Below, in pieces: positions 37,322 to 47,442 of a stretch of DNA of 64,000 nt. Origin of the DNA: Thermoanaerobaculia bacterium (lineage in GTDB: Bacteria; Acidobacteriota; Thermoanaerobaculia; UBA5066). The translations under genes were made by a program, and so were the position numbers. The stretch is from NCBI GenBank assembly GCA_963719225.1, contig CAVRAY010000001.1, positions 3,680,001 to 3,744,000 of the forward strand, read 5' to 3'. Each line of letters begins with the position of its first letter. Within the stretch, counting starts at the first letter, position 1. The notes beneath the pieces were generated by a model, which made no database searches, had not been told where the DNA came from, and saw only the letters and a list, made by a program, of their open reading frames with translations.

Positions 37322-37945
37322 CTACGACTTTGCCGCTCTTCCGGAAAGGCCCTGGACCGCCCGCTCGGCCGCGGGCAGAGCCACGTCGATGTCGCGGTCG
37401 GCTCCGGCCAGGTAGACCCTGCCGAACGAGCCGAACGTGACGATCTCGAGGACCTTGATGTGCGCGGCTTTCTCCGCCTCGTTCGCCGCCAGCGCGGCGT
37501 TCGCGGCCGGCTGGCATTCCAGGATGTAGAGCGACTGCCCCGCCACGATCATGTGCCCATGGCGTGTCCGGTTGATGAGCTGCGTCTGCCGGTCGTCGAG
37601 GCCCCGGATCACGGTCGAGGAGAGGATCTCCGGCTTGATCCGGTCGCCTTCGGTCTTGCCGATCTCGCCGAGAATCGCCTCGCCCGCGCGGCGCACCTCG
37701 GCCTGGTCGTCGTGATGGATTTCCAGGAGGCCGTAAAGCCTCTCCACGATCTGCATGCCGGGCGTGACCGAAGTTCCCTTGACCGCGATGTCCGTGAGCC
37801 GGTTGATCGCGATCCCGGGGGAGACCTCGATGAAGAGGGACGCCTGTCCGCCGACGGGCAAGAAGCCCTTCGCGACCGTTCCGATGAAGGCCGCGTGCTG
37901 CTCCTGGAGCGAGTCGAGGAAGACGTAGCTCCTGAGGTCGATCAC
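37322..37945 (-). CDS. Permuted BMC-T shell protein (CcmP/CsoS1D-like)
   Basis: [49 protein letters not shown]. Confidence 0.9.
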   Translation of the reverse strand: MIDLRSYVFLDSLQEQHAAFIGTVAKGFLPVGGQASLFIEVSPGIAINRLTDIAVKGTSVTPGMQIVERLYGLLEIHHDDQAEVRRAGEAILGEIGKTEGDRIKPEILSSTVIRGLDDRQTQLINRTRHGHMIVAGQSLYILECQPAANAALAANEAEKAAHIKVLEIVTFGSFGRVYLAGADRDIDVALPAAERAVQGLSGRAAKS

Positions 37946-37949
37946 GCTC

Positions 37950-38585
37950 TCAGTCCCTCCGGCCCTTCTGCGCTTCGCGCCCGGTGAGCGACTCGATCGC
38001 CCGGATCGCCGCGACGGACCCCACGTCGATGTCGCGCTGCTCGCCGCCGAGGTAGACGCGTCCGAAGGCGCCCGTCATCCTCACGTCCACGACGTTGATC
38101 TCCGCCGCTTTCTCCGCCTCGTTCGCGGCGAAGCCCGCGTAGCCCGCCGGCTCGACCTCCAGGATGTAGAGCGACTCGCCGGCGACGAGCATCATTCCCT
38201 GGCGATCGCGGTTGATGAGCTGCGCCTGGAGCGCGTCGACGCGGCGGATGACCTGCGAGGAGAGGACGCGCGGCTTGATCCGGTCGGTCTCGTTCAGGGA
38301 AAGCGCGGCGAGGATCGCGGCGCCGGCCTGCCGGACCTCCGCCTGCGACGCGCTGTGGACCTCGAGCATCCCGTAGAGCCGCTCGACGACCTGCATGCCG
38401 GGGCGCACGTCGGTCGCCTTGACGGCGATGTCGGTCACGCGGTTGATCTCGATGCCCGGGGAGATCTCGACGATGAGGGATGCCTCGAAGGCGACCGGAA
38501 GGAAGCCGCGGGCGATCGTTCCGATGTACGCCGCGACCTGCGGCTGCAGAGCGTCGAGCGTCACGAAGCTCCGAAGGTCCGCCAT
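37950..38585 (-). CDS. Permuted BMC-T shell protein (CcmP/CsoS1D-like), paralog
   Basis: [51 protein letters not shown]. Confidence 0.9.
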   Translation of the reverse strand: MADLRSFVTLDALQPQVAAYIGTIARGFLPVAFEASLIVEISPGIEINRVTDIAVKATDVRPGMQVVERLYGMLEVHSASQAEVRQAGAAILAALSLNETDRIKPRVLSSQVIRRVDALQAQLINRDRQGMMLVAGESLYILEVEPAGYAGFAANEAEKAAEINVVDVRMTGAFGRVYLGGEQRDIDVGSVAAIRAIESLTGREAQKGRRD

Positions 38586-40024
38586 CAGTACGCGCCCTTA
38601 GCCTCTTTGGAGGACGCGGTGAGTCCTCGCGCTTCCTTGACGATCTTCACGCCGACCGATGCCCCGATGCGGGTGGCGCCGGCCGCGATCAGCTTCTGAG
38701 CGTCCTCGGCGGACCGGATTCCTCCCGACGCCTTCACGCCGAGCTTCCGGTCGACGGCCTGCGCCATGAGCTCCACGTCGCGCGCCGTGGCGCCGCCCGT
38801 GGAAAAGCCCGTCGAGGTCTTCACGAATTCCGCGCGCGCCTTTCGGGCGGCCACGCAGCCGGCCACTTTCTCTTCGTCCGTCAGGAGCGACGTTTCCAGG
38901 ATCACCTTGAGGATCGCGCCGCCGTCGTGAGCGGCCTCCGCCACGGCGCGGATGTCCTCCTCGACGGTGCGCAGGTCTCCCGACTTCAGCGCTCCGATCG
39001 CGATGACCATGTCGATCTCGCTCGCGCCCTCGCGGACGGCCCGCCGCGCCTCGAGAGCCTTCATTTCCTTCGGAATGGCCCCGAGCGGGAATCCGACGAC
39101 GGTGCACACGACCGATGAGCTGCCGGCCAGGCGGGCGGCGCAGCGCTTGACGAAGACGGGGTTGACGCACACCGACGCGAAGCCGAACTGGGCGGCCTCG
39201 TCACAGAGCTTGTCGATGTCCGCGTACGTGGCGTCGGCCTTCAGGAGCGTGTGGTCGATGAATTTCGCGAGGTCCTTGGGCACCTCGCCGATGCCGGGAG
39301 CGGCCGACACCCGGCAATCCGGTCCGACGCACGCGATCATCGAACGGACCGTGTCGGGACAGCGCGTCGCGCAGTGCCCGCCCGCCGGACACTCGGTGGC
39401 TCCGGCGGCCGCGCATCCCGCGCACCCCGCGCACGTGGGCGGAACGAGGAGCGAGGGATTCGCCGCCAGGATCTGCGTGATCCGGTCGACGAGCGAATCG
39501 AAGGAAGGTGAGGTCATGGGCCCAGAGCTCCTCGAAGTCGCCGGACGTTGTGGACCCCCCGGCGCGTTCCCACGGCTGGCATCGATGGCGTCGATCATAG
39601 CGACTCGGCGCCTGTGCCGCTCCGCGGTGCACTCGGTCGACAGGAAGACGTCCACGATCTGGAGAGCGAGGTCCTCGGCGAGGTACCCGGCGCCGAGCGT
39701 CAGGACGTTCGCGTCGTTGTGCTCGCGGGCGTTCTTCGCCGTCGCGAGGTCGAAGGCCATGCCGGCGCGGACTCCCGCGACCTTGTTCGCGGCCATGGCC
39801 GAGCCGATGCCCGCGCCGTCGACGACGATGCCGCGTTCGGCGCGGCCGGAGACGACGGCTTCGGCGGCGGCGCGCGCGAAGACGGGATAGTCGACGGGTT
39901 CGGTCGAGCTCGTCCCGACGTCGAGAACGTCCACGCCCCGCGACTTCAAATGCCGTTTGATCGCTTCCTTCAGGGCGAAGCCGCCGTGGTCCGCGCCCAC
40001 GACCACTCGTCCGGCGGCGGCCAT
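38585..40024 (-). CDS. rpiB-deoC: Ribose-5-phosphate isomerase B / deoxyribose-phosphate aldolase fusion
   Basis: [42 protein letters not shown]; [39 protein letters not shown]. Confidence 0.93.
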   Translation of the reverse strand: MAAAGRVVVGADHGGFALKEAIKRHLKSRGVDVLDVGTSSTEPVDYPVFARAAAEAVVSGRAERGIVVDGAGIGSAMAANKVAGVRAGMAFDLATAKNAREHNDANVLTLGAGYLAEDLALQIVDVFLSTECTAERHRRRVAMIDAIDASRGNAPGGPQRPATSRSSGPMTSPSFDSLVDRITQILAANPSLLVPPTCAGCAGCAAAGATECPAGGHCATRCPDTVRSMIACVGPDCRVSAAPGIGEVPKDLAKFIDHTLLKADATYADIDKLCDEAAQFGFASVCVNPVFVKRCAARLAGSSSVVCTVVGFPLGAIPKEMKALEARRAVREGASEIDMVIAIGALKSGDLRTVEEDIRAVAEAAHDGGAILKVILETSLLTDEEKVAGCVAARKARAEFVKTSTGFSTGGATARDVELMAQAVDRKLGVKASGGIRSAEDAQKLIAAGATRIGASVGVKIVKEARGLTASSKEAKGAY

Positions 40025-40122
40025 CCCTACCGCCGCCCGCGGACGATCGCCGACCGAAATTCGAGGCCAATTTTCACGGCGCGAAGTCTACTGCCTGCGC
40101 GCGACGCGTGCGGAATCGGCGC

Positions 40123-41232
40123 TCAGCGGCGCAGCATGCGGGAAAGCGTTTCTTCGGCGGCGCGCGGCTTTCCCGCAGCACGGGCAGCTGCCTTCATTCG
40201 CCCGAGACGCGCCGAATCCGAAAGCAGGGATTTCAGCTTGAAACGCAGCGAGTCGGAGCCGTGCGCCTTCACACCGGCCCCTGCCTCGAGAACGAAATCC
40301 GAGTTCCTTTCCTCCTGGCCGGGAATCGGATCGCGGATCACCATCGGAAGAGAAGAGGCGAGACATTCGGCCGTCGTGAGGCCGCCCGATTTCGTGACCG
40401 CGACGTCCGCGGCCGCCATCAGGTCGTGCATGTTCGTGACGAACCCGAAGACCGAGAGAGCCGATCCTTTCGGCACGGCGATCTCGCGGAGCTTCTTCTC
40501 CAGTGCGCCGTTGCGGCCCGCGACCGCGAGCACGTGAGCGCGTCCCGCGCCGAGCGCCGCCTCGACCGCTCCCCGCATCGAGCCCACGCCCGAGCCGCCA
40601 CCCATCACGAGGACGGCGGGGATCCCCTCCGCGATTCCGAAGCCCGCGCGGAGGCGCCGCCGGTCGTGCCTGGCGGCGAACGCGGGCGTGACCGGAATTC
40701 CCGTCACCGCGATTTTCTTCTCGTCGACGCCCCGCCCGGCCAGGATCGCGCGCAGCTCCTCCGTCGCCACGAACATCACGTCCACGTGCGGCTGCACCCA
40801 GAAGGCGTGGACGTCGAAATCGGTCACGACGAGGCCGAAGCGGAACCGGATCTTGCGGCGCTCTCCCGGCGTGAAGACCTGCGCGGAAAGGAAATGGGTG
40901 GCGAGGACGACGTCCGGAGCGAAGTCCGCGACGAAGGACCGGAAGCGCGCGAACTCCACGTGGTCGAACGCGCGCACGAGCTTTCGGCGAAGACCTTCGC
41001 GGGGCACGCGGTCGCTCGTCTCGTAGAGGTATCCCCAGAGCTCCGGCGCACGGTCCACCATCGCGAGATAGCCGCCTGCGTAGGTTTTCCGGTACACAGG
41101 CCCCACGAAGTCGAGGACGTCGACGTGTTTCACGGCGACGTCCGGGAAGCGAAGCTGCGCCGTCTCCTCGAGCGCCTGAGCGGCGTGCGTGTGGCCGGCT
41201 CCGGCCGAGGCGGAAAGAAGGAGGAGCTTCAC
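40123..41232 (-). CDS. MGDG synthase/UgtP-family glycosyltransferase (GT28-like)
   Basis: SASAGAGHTHAA, VTDFDVH..W, TGIPV, LVMGGGSG, TKSGGLT..E, PIPGQEERN. Confidence 0.9.
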   Translation of the reverse strand: MKLLLLSASAGAGHTHAAQALEETAQLRFPDVAVKHVDVLDFVGPVYRKTYAGGYLAMVDRAPELWGYLYETSDRVPREGLRRKLVRAFDHVEFARFRSFVADFAPDVVLATHFLSAQVFTPGERRKIRFRFGLVVTDFDVHAFWVQPHVDVMFVATEELRAILAGRGVDEKKIAVTGIPVTPAFAARHDRRRLRAGFGIAEGIPAVLVMGGGSGVGSMRGAVEAALGAGRAHVLAVAGRNGALEKKLREIAVPKGSALSVFGFVTNMHDLMAAADVAVTKSGGLTTAECLASSLPMVIRDPIPGQEERNSDFVLEAGAGVKAHGSDSLRFKLKSLLSDSARLGRMKAAARAAGKPRAAEETLSRMLRR

Positions 41233-41666
41233 TCGCCGCCGGCGAGAAACGGGTTTACGGCGAGGACGGACCCATAGAGCCGCCCGTGCTGAAAATCTTC
41301 CGAGATGATCTGCTCGAGTCCATTCGTCTCTGCGTAGGCCCACATGTGCGCGTCATACCAGGAAAGCCGATAGGCCCCCATCCCGCGAAGGGCGGTGCGG
41401 ACCAGGGCGTCATCGGGATATAGAACGACGAACTGACTCAGGAGCTCCTCCGCTTCGCGCCGCGCATCGTCTTGTGACAGCAAGGCGGCTCCAAATCGGA
41501 TAGGACGTGTGACCGCCGAAACGAACTCCACGATGGCCTGATGCGACAGACGAACTTCGTCTTCTGCGACTCCTTTTCGCAGAATCCCCGTCGCGATCGT
41601 GCGCTTACGGGGCTCGCGCGGATCGAACCGATAGACGAGGACGTTCGTGTCAACGAGGAAGGCCAC
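41229..41666 (-). CDS. vapC: PIN-domain toxin (VapC-like)
   Basis: FLVDTNVLVY, SHQAIVEF, LSWYDA, ISEDFQHG..VNPF. Confidence 0.88.
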   Translation of the reverse strand: MAFLVDTNVLVYRFDPREPRKRTIATGILRKGVAEDEVRLSHQAIVEFVSAVTRPIRFGAALLSQDDARREAEELLSQFVVLYPDDALVRTALRGMGAYRLSWYDAHMWAYAETNGLEQIISEDFQHGRLYGSVLAVNPFLAGGE

Positions 41667-41940
41667 GAGTATAGAGATCCTCACGCGTCCATCCGCGGTC
41701 CTTCGGCGGACGGCGGCCTTTCCAGCTCAGATTTCGTTTTTGCTGTCGGGCCGTCGAGGCGTCGAACAGGGAGAGCCGTTCTTCGACGCTGAGCTTCGGA
41801 CGCGTCTCCCGCCCCGCGACTTCGACCCGGACGGCATCGCCTGCAGGCTTCCAGCTGATTTCATCGCCGGGGCGAATTCCGTACTGATCCGCAATGGCCT
41901 TCGGAACGGTGACTTGGAGCTTGCTCGTGACCTTCGACAT
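41650..41940 (-). CDS. AbrB/MazE-type antitoxin
   Basis: MSKVTSKLQVTVPKAIADQYGIRPGDEI; C-terminal WTREDLY. Confidence 0.88.
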   Translation of the reverse strand: MSKVTSKLQVTVPKAIADQYGIRPGDEISWKPAGDAVRVEVAGRETRPKLSVEERLSLFDASTARQQKRNLSWKGRRPPKDRGWTREDLYTRGLPR

Positions 41941-41974
41941 ATCCTTACTCTAGCAAGGACGGAATCCTTGTCAA
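41941..41974 (-). promoter_or_regulatory. Leaderless sigma70 promoter with palindromic operator
   Basis: TTGACA-16-TAGAGT-6-ATG; inverted repeat CAAGGA-N5-TCCTTG in the spacer. Confidence 0.75.
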
Positions 41975-41976
41975 CC

Positions 41977-43209
41977 TCACTCGTACCGCAGCGCGTCCGC
42001 CGGATTCATCCTCGCGGCGCGGCGCGCGGGGAGCGCGGAAGCGCCCAGGACGAGCAGGAGACCGATCGCGAGGATCCCGAGAACGTGCAGGGGCTCGGGC
42101 CGGAACGGCATCCACGAGAGGTAATACACTTTCGCGATCTCGGGCGGAAAGCGCACGACGCGGAAACCCGTGAGGAGCGCGCACACGAGGGTTCCGAAGG
42201 CGACGCCGAGCGCGAGCCCCGTGCCGCCGAGCAGCATGCCCGAAAGCCGAAAGGCGCGCGCCACCAGGGCGGGCGGCGCGCCGAGCGCCGCAAGGACGCC
42301 GACTTCCCGCGTCTTCTCCGCGAGAAGGACGACGAGCGAAGAGACCACGGTGCCGGCCGCCACGGCCACGATGAGCGTGAGGACGACGAACAGCAGCGTC
42401 TGCTGGACCGCGAGCGCCTCGAAGAGATCGCGGTTCAGGATCTTCCAATCGAGCACGGTGGCGTTCTCGCCCAGGAGCTTCCGCGCCGCGGCCACGGTTT
42501 CCGAAGAGAGGGAAGGACGGACGAGCTTCATCTCCCAGACGCCCTGACGCGCGCCCGGGGGCGCGAGCCGTTCGAAGACCGGGAGCGGCACGACGGCCCA
42601 CCCGTCGTCCACCTCGGAGAACCCGGTCTCCACGACGGCGGCCACGGAAAGCGGAGTCCGCGCCGGCACGGCAAGACCGGCCGCGAGCGCGGCGGAGGAG
42701 GTCTCGAGGGCCAGCGCACCGCCCGCGGAAACCCCGAGCTTCCTCGCGAGCCCCACTCCGAGGAGAACGGGGGTTTTCCCCTTCGCCTCGAGCTGGGCGA
42801 AAGCGTTCGCAAGGCCCGGCACCGCGCCCAGGAGTCGCGTCGTCGCGAGGCCCTCGGGCACCTCGAGCGCCTTCACGAGAGCGTCGACGCCCTCCGGCGT
42901 CCGTGAGGACAGGAGAAGGGCCGGCGCGAATGCCGTGCGCGCCACCGCCGTCACGTTCGGGAGGGACCGCAACTGCGCGCGCTGCGCCTCGACGTTCGCG
43001 CCCGGTTCCGGCACGGCGATCACCTCCGCGCTCGTGCCGGCGAGCTTCTCGGCAAGATCGTGGCGGTAACCGGACATGAGGCCCATGGCGACCACGAGCG
43101 ACGCGGCTCCCAGGGCGACTCCGAAGAGAGCGAGGAGCGAGACCGTCTTCGGCAGCCCGCGCCGGCTGCCGAAGAGGAACCGCTTTGCGAGGAATGCGGA
43201 AACGTGCAC
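41977..43209 (-). CDS. ABC transporter permease, LolC/LolE (FtsX/MacB) family
   Basis: GVALGAASLVVAMGLMSG, LDWKILNRDLFEAL, EKTREVGVLAALGA, PARRAARMNPADALRYE. Confidence 0.9.
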   Translation of the reverse strand: MHVSAFLAKRFLFGSRRGLPKTVSLLALFGVALGAASLVVAMGLMSGYRHDLAEKLAGTSAEVIAVPEPGANVEAQRAQLRSLPNVTAVARTAFAPALLLSSRTPEGVDALVKALEVPEGLATTRLLGAVPGLANAFAQLEAKGKTPVLLGVGLARKLGVSAGGALALETSSAALAAGLAVPARTPLSVAAVVETGFSEVDDGWAVVPLPVFERLAPPGARQGVWEMKLVRPSLSSETVAAARKLLGENATVLDWKILNRDLFEALAVQQTLLFVVLTLIVAVAAGTVVSSLVVLLAEKTREVGVLAALGAPPALVARAFRLSGMLLGGTGLALGVAFGTLVCALLTGFRVVRFPPEIAKVYYLSWMPFRPEPLHVLGILAIGLLLVLGASALPARRAARMNPADALRYE

Positions 43210-43214
43210 GCGGC

Positions 43215-44075
43215 CTAGTTCTTCCACTCCTCCCGCTGCACCTTCCACGCGCCGCCTTCCTTGACCATGTGGACCGTGCCGTTCGCGACCTTGCCGTCCT
43301 GCTTGCCGTTGACGGTCAGCTCCGCCGTGTCGCCCTTCTCGGCGACCTTCAGGACTTTGATGTCCGTCGCAGACATCAACTTGATCATGCCGACCATCTT
43401 CTTCGCGTCCGGGCTGTCGAGGCTCGTCGCCTGATCCTTCGTCATAAATTTTTTCATCGCACCGAGGTCCTCTTTCTGGATGGCCTGAAGGAAGTCCGCG
43501 TAGACCTTCGCCTGCGGGCTCTTCTGTGCGGCCGACGTCTCCGCCGCAGACGGCGGCACGGGCTTGGCCTTGCGCGTGATGTCGGCCTTGAACGCCACGT
43601 CGAAGGCATACGTGTTTCCGAAGAACTCGTGCGGTTTCGCGCTCCTGTATCGGCCGTCGATGGTCTTTCCATCGAACGTTTTCTTGTCGAAGACGTCATC
43701 GCTGGACAGGCCGCTCGGGCTGGCCTTCATGAAGCCGTCGTGCCGGAAAGACGTCGAGATGGGCTTCGCATCCGCGCCGAAGGTGATCTCGAACGCGTGG
43801 AGCTTGCCCGCGTCGGCCATCTTGATCCGCTCGAACTCGTCCTCGAGCGCTTTCGCGTCGAGCGGCACGTCACTGACGATCACGGTGACGTCTTCCTTCG
43901 TCTTGTCGAAGAAACCCGGTGCCGCGAACGCATAGGCGTACTTCACGTCCGTCGTCTTGCCGTTGACGGTGAGCTTGCCCTCCGCCTTTCCGTCGGCGGC
44001 GGCGGCCCCTGACGCCAGGATCGCGACGGATGCGAGAACGAATCCAGCGAAAAACACACGAACTCCTGAACTCAT
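43215..44075 (-). CDS. Secreted Lys-rich hypothetical protein with NTF2-like C-terminus
   Basis: AAGGAG SD, signal peptide, biased codon usage; GDTAELTV..VHMVKEGGAWKV. Confidence 0.7.
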   Translation of the reverse strand: MSSGVRVFFAGFVLASVAILASGAAAADGKAEGKLTVNGKTTDVKYAYAFAAPGFFDKTKEDVTVIVSDVPLDAKALEDEFERIKMADAGKLHAFEITFGADAKPISTSFRHDGFMKASPSGLSSDDVFDKKTFDGKTIDGRYRSAKPHEFFGNTYAFDVAFKADITRKAKPVPPSAAETSAAQKSPQAKVYADFLQAIQKEDLGAMKKFMTKDQATSLDSPDAKKMVGMIKLMSATDIKVLKVAEKGDTAELTVNGKQDGKVANGTVHMVKEGGAWKVQREEWKN

Positions 44076-44100
44076 CTGGTGCTCCTTTGCCTCGAACACG

Positions 44101-45210
44101 TCATTCCCCTTCACCGCGCGTCACGAGGCTCACGAACTCGTCGAACAGGGCGTCGGAGTCGTGCGGTCCGGGGGCGGATTCCGGGTGGTACTGAACGGCG
44201 AAGACGGGACGATCCGTCGTCCGGAAGCCCTCGCACGTGCCGTCATTGAGGTTCACGTGCGTGAGCTCGACGTTGGGCGGCAGCGAATCGGCCGCGACCG
44301 AGAAGCCGTGGTTCTGGGAGGTGATCGCGACGCGCCCGGTCTGGAGGTTCTTGACGGGATGGTTCGCGCCCCGGTGGCCGAACTTGAGCTTGTACGTCGT
44401 GCCGCCGAGCGCAAGGCCCAGGAGCTGCTGCCCGAGACAGATTCCGAACACGGGCTTGCCGGACTCGACGAGGCGCTTCACTTCCGCGACGCACGACGGC
44501 AGCGCGTCGGGATCGCCGGGCCCGTTCGAAAGAAAGTACCCGTCGAACCCGCCGGCGAGCATCTCCCCGGCGGTCGCCGCCGCGGGAAAGACCGTGGGCT
44601 CGAGGCCCCGCGCGGCGAGCATCCTCAGGATGTTTCTCTTGATGCCGTAGTCGATGGCCGCCACGCGTCCTTTTCGCGGGACGCCCGCGGGCAGGGGAAA
44701 ACCGTAGCGTGCCGTGGTTCCGACGGTGAGCGCGAGGGCGGCTCCCGCCATCGTGGGCTGCTCCCTCACCCGTTCGACGAGCGCCTGGGCGTCGGCATCC
44801 GAGGCGGTTTCGGTGGAGATCGCGCCGCGCATGACGCCCCGGCTCCTGAGGTGCCGCACGAGAGCCCGGGCGTCGAGCTCGTCGATTCCCACGATGCCGC
44901 CCTCGAGGAGACCCTGGCCGATCGGCTCCTTGCCCCGGGCGTTCGAGAAGTGCTCCGGGAAATGCCGCGCGGCGAAGCCGGCGACCTGGATCCGCGACGA
45001 CTCGACGTCCTCGTCGTTGAGCCCGTAGTTGCCGATGTGCGCGGCCGTCATGACGACGATCTGCCCGCGATAGGACGGGTCGGTCAGCGTTTCCTGGTAC
45101 CCCGACATCCCCGTGTTGAAGACGACCTCGCCGAAGGTCGTTCCCGCCGACCCGGCGGCGCGGCCCGAAAAGGTCCGGCCGTCCTCGAGGACGAGGACCG
45201 CGCGGCTCAC
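44101..45210 (-). CDS. carA: Carbamoyl-phosphate synthase small subunit
   Basis: GEVVFNTGMSGYQETLTDPSY, LSNGPGDP, GICLGQQ, SQNHGF, QYHPE. Confidence 0.96.
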   Translation of the reverse strand: MSRAVLVLEDGRTFSGRAAGSAGTTFGEVVFNTGMSGYQETLTDPSYRGQIVVMTAAHIGNYGLNDEDVESSRIQVAGFAARHFPEHFSNARGKEPIGQGLLEGGIVGIDELDARALVRHLRSRGVMRGAISTETASDADAQALVERVREQPTMAGAALALTVGTTARYGFPLPAGVPRKGRVAAIDYGIKRNILRMLAARGLEPTVFPAAATAGEMLAGGFDGYFLSNGPGDPDALPSCVAEVKRLVESGKPVFGICLGQQLLGLALGGTTYKLKFGHRGANHPVKNLQTGRVAITSQNHGFSVAADSLPPNVELTHVNLNDGTCEGFRTTDRPVFAVQYHPESAPGPHDSDALFDEFVSLVTRGEGE

Positions 45211-46220
45211 GCGGTCCTCCCGACCGCCGACGCGATGGGACGGATCTGGTCCATGAGCTCACTGAACATGTCGGGCGTGAGCGCCTGCGGACCGTCCGAC
45301 AGAGCTTCGGCCGGCTTGTGGTGAACCTCGACCGCGATGCCGTCGGCGCCGGCCGCGATCGACGCGCGCGACATGGGCACGACCTTGTCGCGGCGCCCCG
45401 TTCCATGGGACGGGTCCACGACGATCGGCAGATGCGAGAGACGCTCGACGGCCGGCACGACCGAGAGGTCGAGCGTGTTGCGCGTGAAATCGGAGAACGT
45501 GCGGATGCCTCGCTCGCACAGGACGACGTTGGGGTTGCCCTCGGAGAGGACGTACTCGGCCGCCAGCAGGAACTCCTCGAGCGTGGCTGACATTCCGCGT
45601 TTCAGAAGCACGGGTTTCCCGGTGCGGCCCGCCTTCTTCAGGAGCTCGAAATTCTGCATGTTGCGCGCGCCGACCTGGAGGCAGTCGGCGTACGAGGCCA
45701 CGAGGTCGACCGTCTCGGTGTCGAGCACCTCGGTGACGACGGGAAGGCCCGTCGCCTCGCGTGCTTCCGCGAGGATCTTCAGGCCCTCTTCGGCGAGACC
45801 CTGAAAAGCGTACGGAGAGGTCCTGGGCTTGTAGGCGCCGCCTCGCAGGAGGTCGGCGCCGCGCGCCTTCACCTCGCGTGCGATCGTGAGGGTCTGCTCG
45901 CGGCTCTCGACGGCGCAGGGACCCGCGATGACGACGACGTGGGTTCCACCGACGGGGACGCCCCCGATGGAGACGATGGTGTCCTCGGGATGGAACTCGC
46001 GCGAGACGAGCTTGTACGGGTGCGAAACCCGGATGACCTCGAGAACGCCCGGCAGGCTCTCGAACGCGGCCGGCCCCACGGTGCCCTTGTTGCCCGTGAT
46101 CCCCACCGCCGTGCGCTGCGCGCCCGGGATCGGATGAGCTTTGAGCCCGAGGCGTTCCGCGGCGGCGACGACGCGTCCGACGTCTTCGCCCGTGGCGCTC
46201 CGGTCCATGACGATCAGCAC
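45207..46220 (-). CDS. aroF: DAHP synthase type I-beta with N-terminal regulatory domain
   Basis: [48 protein letters not shown]. Confidence 0.94.
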   Translation of the reverse strand: MLIVMDRSATGEDVGRVVAAAERLGLKAHPIPGAQRTAVGITGNKGTVGPAAFESLPGVLEVIRVSHPYKLVSREFHPEDTIVSIGGVPVGGTHVVVIAGPCAVESREQTLTIAREVKARGADLLRGGAYKPRTSPYAFQGLAEEGLKILAEAREATGLPVVTEVLDTETVDLVASYADCLQVGARNMQNFELLKKAGRTGKPVLLKRGMSATLEEFLLAAEYVLSEGNPNVVLCERGIRTFSDFTRNTLDLSVVPAVERLSHLPIVVDPSHGTGRRDKVVPMSRASIAAGADGIAVEVHHKPAEALSDGPQALTPDMFSELMDQIRPIASAVGRTA

Positions 46221-46298
46221 GCGGAGGGTCCTCTCTTCCGGCGACGTTTATACTTCATCCCGCCGCGTCTCCTTCCATGGCGGCTCCCGGAGGCACCG

Positions 46299-47084
46299 AT
46301 GTCCCCACGCGCGCGCATTTCCCTCCTCCCGGCCGCGGCTCTCGTCGTCGCGGCGTTCTGGGCCATTCCCGCCGAGGCAACGTACGTGATCTACACGAAG
46401 GACGGCCATCGGATCGAAGCGCGGGACAAGCCGGTCGTCCAGGGGCGGCGCGTCATCTACATGACGCCCCTCGGCACGTCCCAGACGATCGCGTTCGACG
46501 AATGGGATCAGGAGCGCAGCGAGAAGGCGAACCGCGAGGGTTTCGGCGGCGCCTATGTCCTCGACGATCCGGGCGGGCAACGGTCCTCTCTGCCCGCTCC
46601 GGAAGCGAAGAAGCCCTCCCTCTCGGAATACATCAGGAAGCATGGCCGGCCGCTGGATGCCGAGCGCCCGGAGCCTCGAACCGGCGTCGTGTCCGAACGG
46701 GAGACGCGCGCGCCGCGCGCCGCGGCCGGCAAGGCGATCGAGCCGCCGCCCGTCGTCCTCGACCCCGTGATCAGCGACGCCTTCATGCGCGCTCTCGACG
46801 GAAGCAACGTGAAGGGCGTCAAGCTCGGGAACCTTCCCTCAGCCCTGCGCGTCCAGGCCGTCACGGACAACGAGCAGCAGGTCTTCCTCGCCCTCATGGC
46901 GTCGGCGCGAGGCCTGAAGGAAGCACGCGCCGCGGGCAAGCCCCTCGAAAAGGTGGAAGTCCTCCTCGCGACGGCCGCCGGAGAGACGGCCGCGCACTTC
47001 GAGGTCTCGCCCGACGACGCGGACGCTCTTCTCAACGGGCGCATCTCGCCCTCGAAATATTTCGTGACGCGCGTGATCTTCTGA
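46299..47084 (+). CDS. Secreted hypothetical protein
   Basis: GGAGG SD, signal peptide (AEA), YVIYTKDG N-terminal beta module, typical codon usage. Confidence 0.7.
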   Translation: MSPRARISLLPAAALVVAAFWAIPAEATYVIYTKDGHRIEARDKPVVQGRRVIYMTPLGTSQTIAFDEWDQERSEKANREGFGGAYVLDDPGGQRSSLPAPEAKKPSLSEYIRKHGRPLDAERPEPRTGVVSERETRAPRAAAGKAIEPPPVVLDPVISDAFMRALDGSNVKGVKLGNLPSALRVQAVTDNEQQVFLALMASARGLKEARAAGKPLEKVEVLLATAAGETAAHFEVSPDDADALLNGRISPSKYFVTRVIF

Positions 47085-47091
47085 AATTCCG

Positions 47092-47436
47092 ATGGACGCC
47101 GGCACGCTCGTCCTCGTCCACCTCGTCCAGCCCAAGGAGAAGTACTGGGGCGTGCTTCTGGCGCTCGGCCCCGCGGGCCTGACGCTGCGAGGTCTCGAGC
47201 TCGACCTGTTCGACGACTGGGCCCGACAGCAGAGGCCCGGTTCCGACGCCGAGCTGGGGGTCGCGACGCTCTTCGTCCCGCTTCACCGGATCGAGAAGCT
47301 GTTCGAGGACGCGCGCGTGGGGAGCGTCGCGAGCTACGCCGAGCGGTTCTTCGAGATCGTGGGCTCGGACGTGCGGAGCTTCCTCGGTCCGCAGGTGGCG
47401 CACGCCGCCCCGCCCGCCACCTCGCGCCCGAACTGA
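47092..47436 (+). CDS. Small hypothetical protein, possible Sm-like fold
   Basis: LVLVHL..KEKYWGVLL..GLTLRGL..TLFVPLHRIEKL; 7 nt after previous gene. Confidence 0.7.
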   Translation: MDAGTLVLVHLVQPKEKYWGVLLALGPAGLTLRGLELDLFDDWARQQRPGSDAELGVATLFVPLHRIEKLFEDARVGSVASYAERFFEIVGSDVRSFLGPQVAHAAPPATSRPN

Positions 47437-47442
47437 GGCTCC

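Noticed and set aside
37322-38585. DNA repeats between the two BMC-T genes, and repeats in 62696-63844
   Set aside because: Simple paralogy and FG-GAP protein repeats
33863-40024. Calling the microcompartment a wholly new class
   Set aside because: RpiB + DeoC + aldehyde dehydrogenase fits the known SPU class; only the fusion details are flagged
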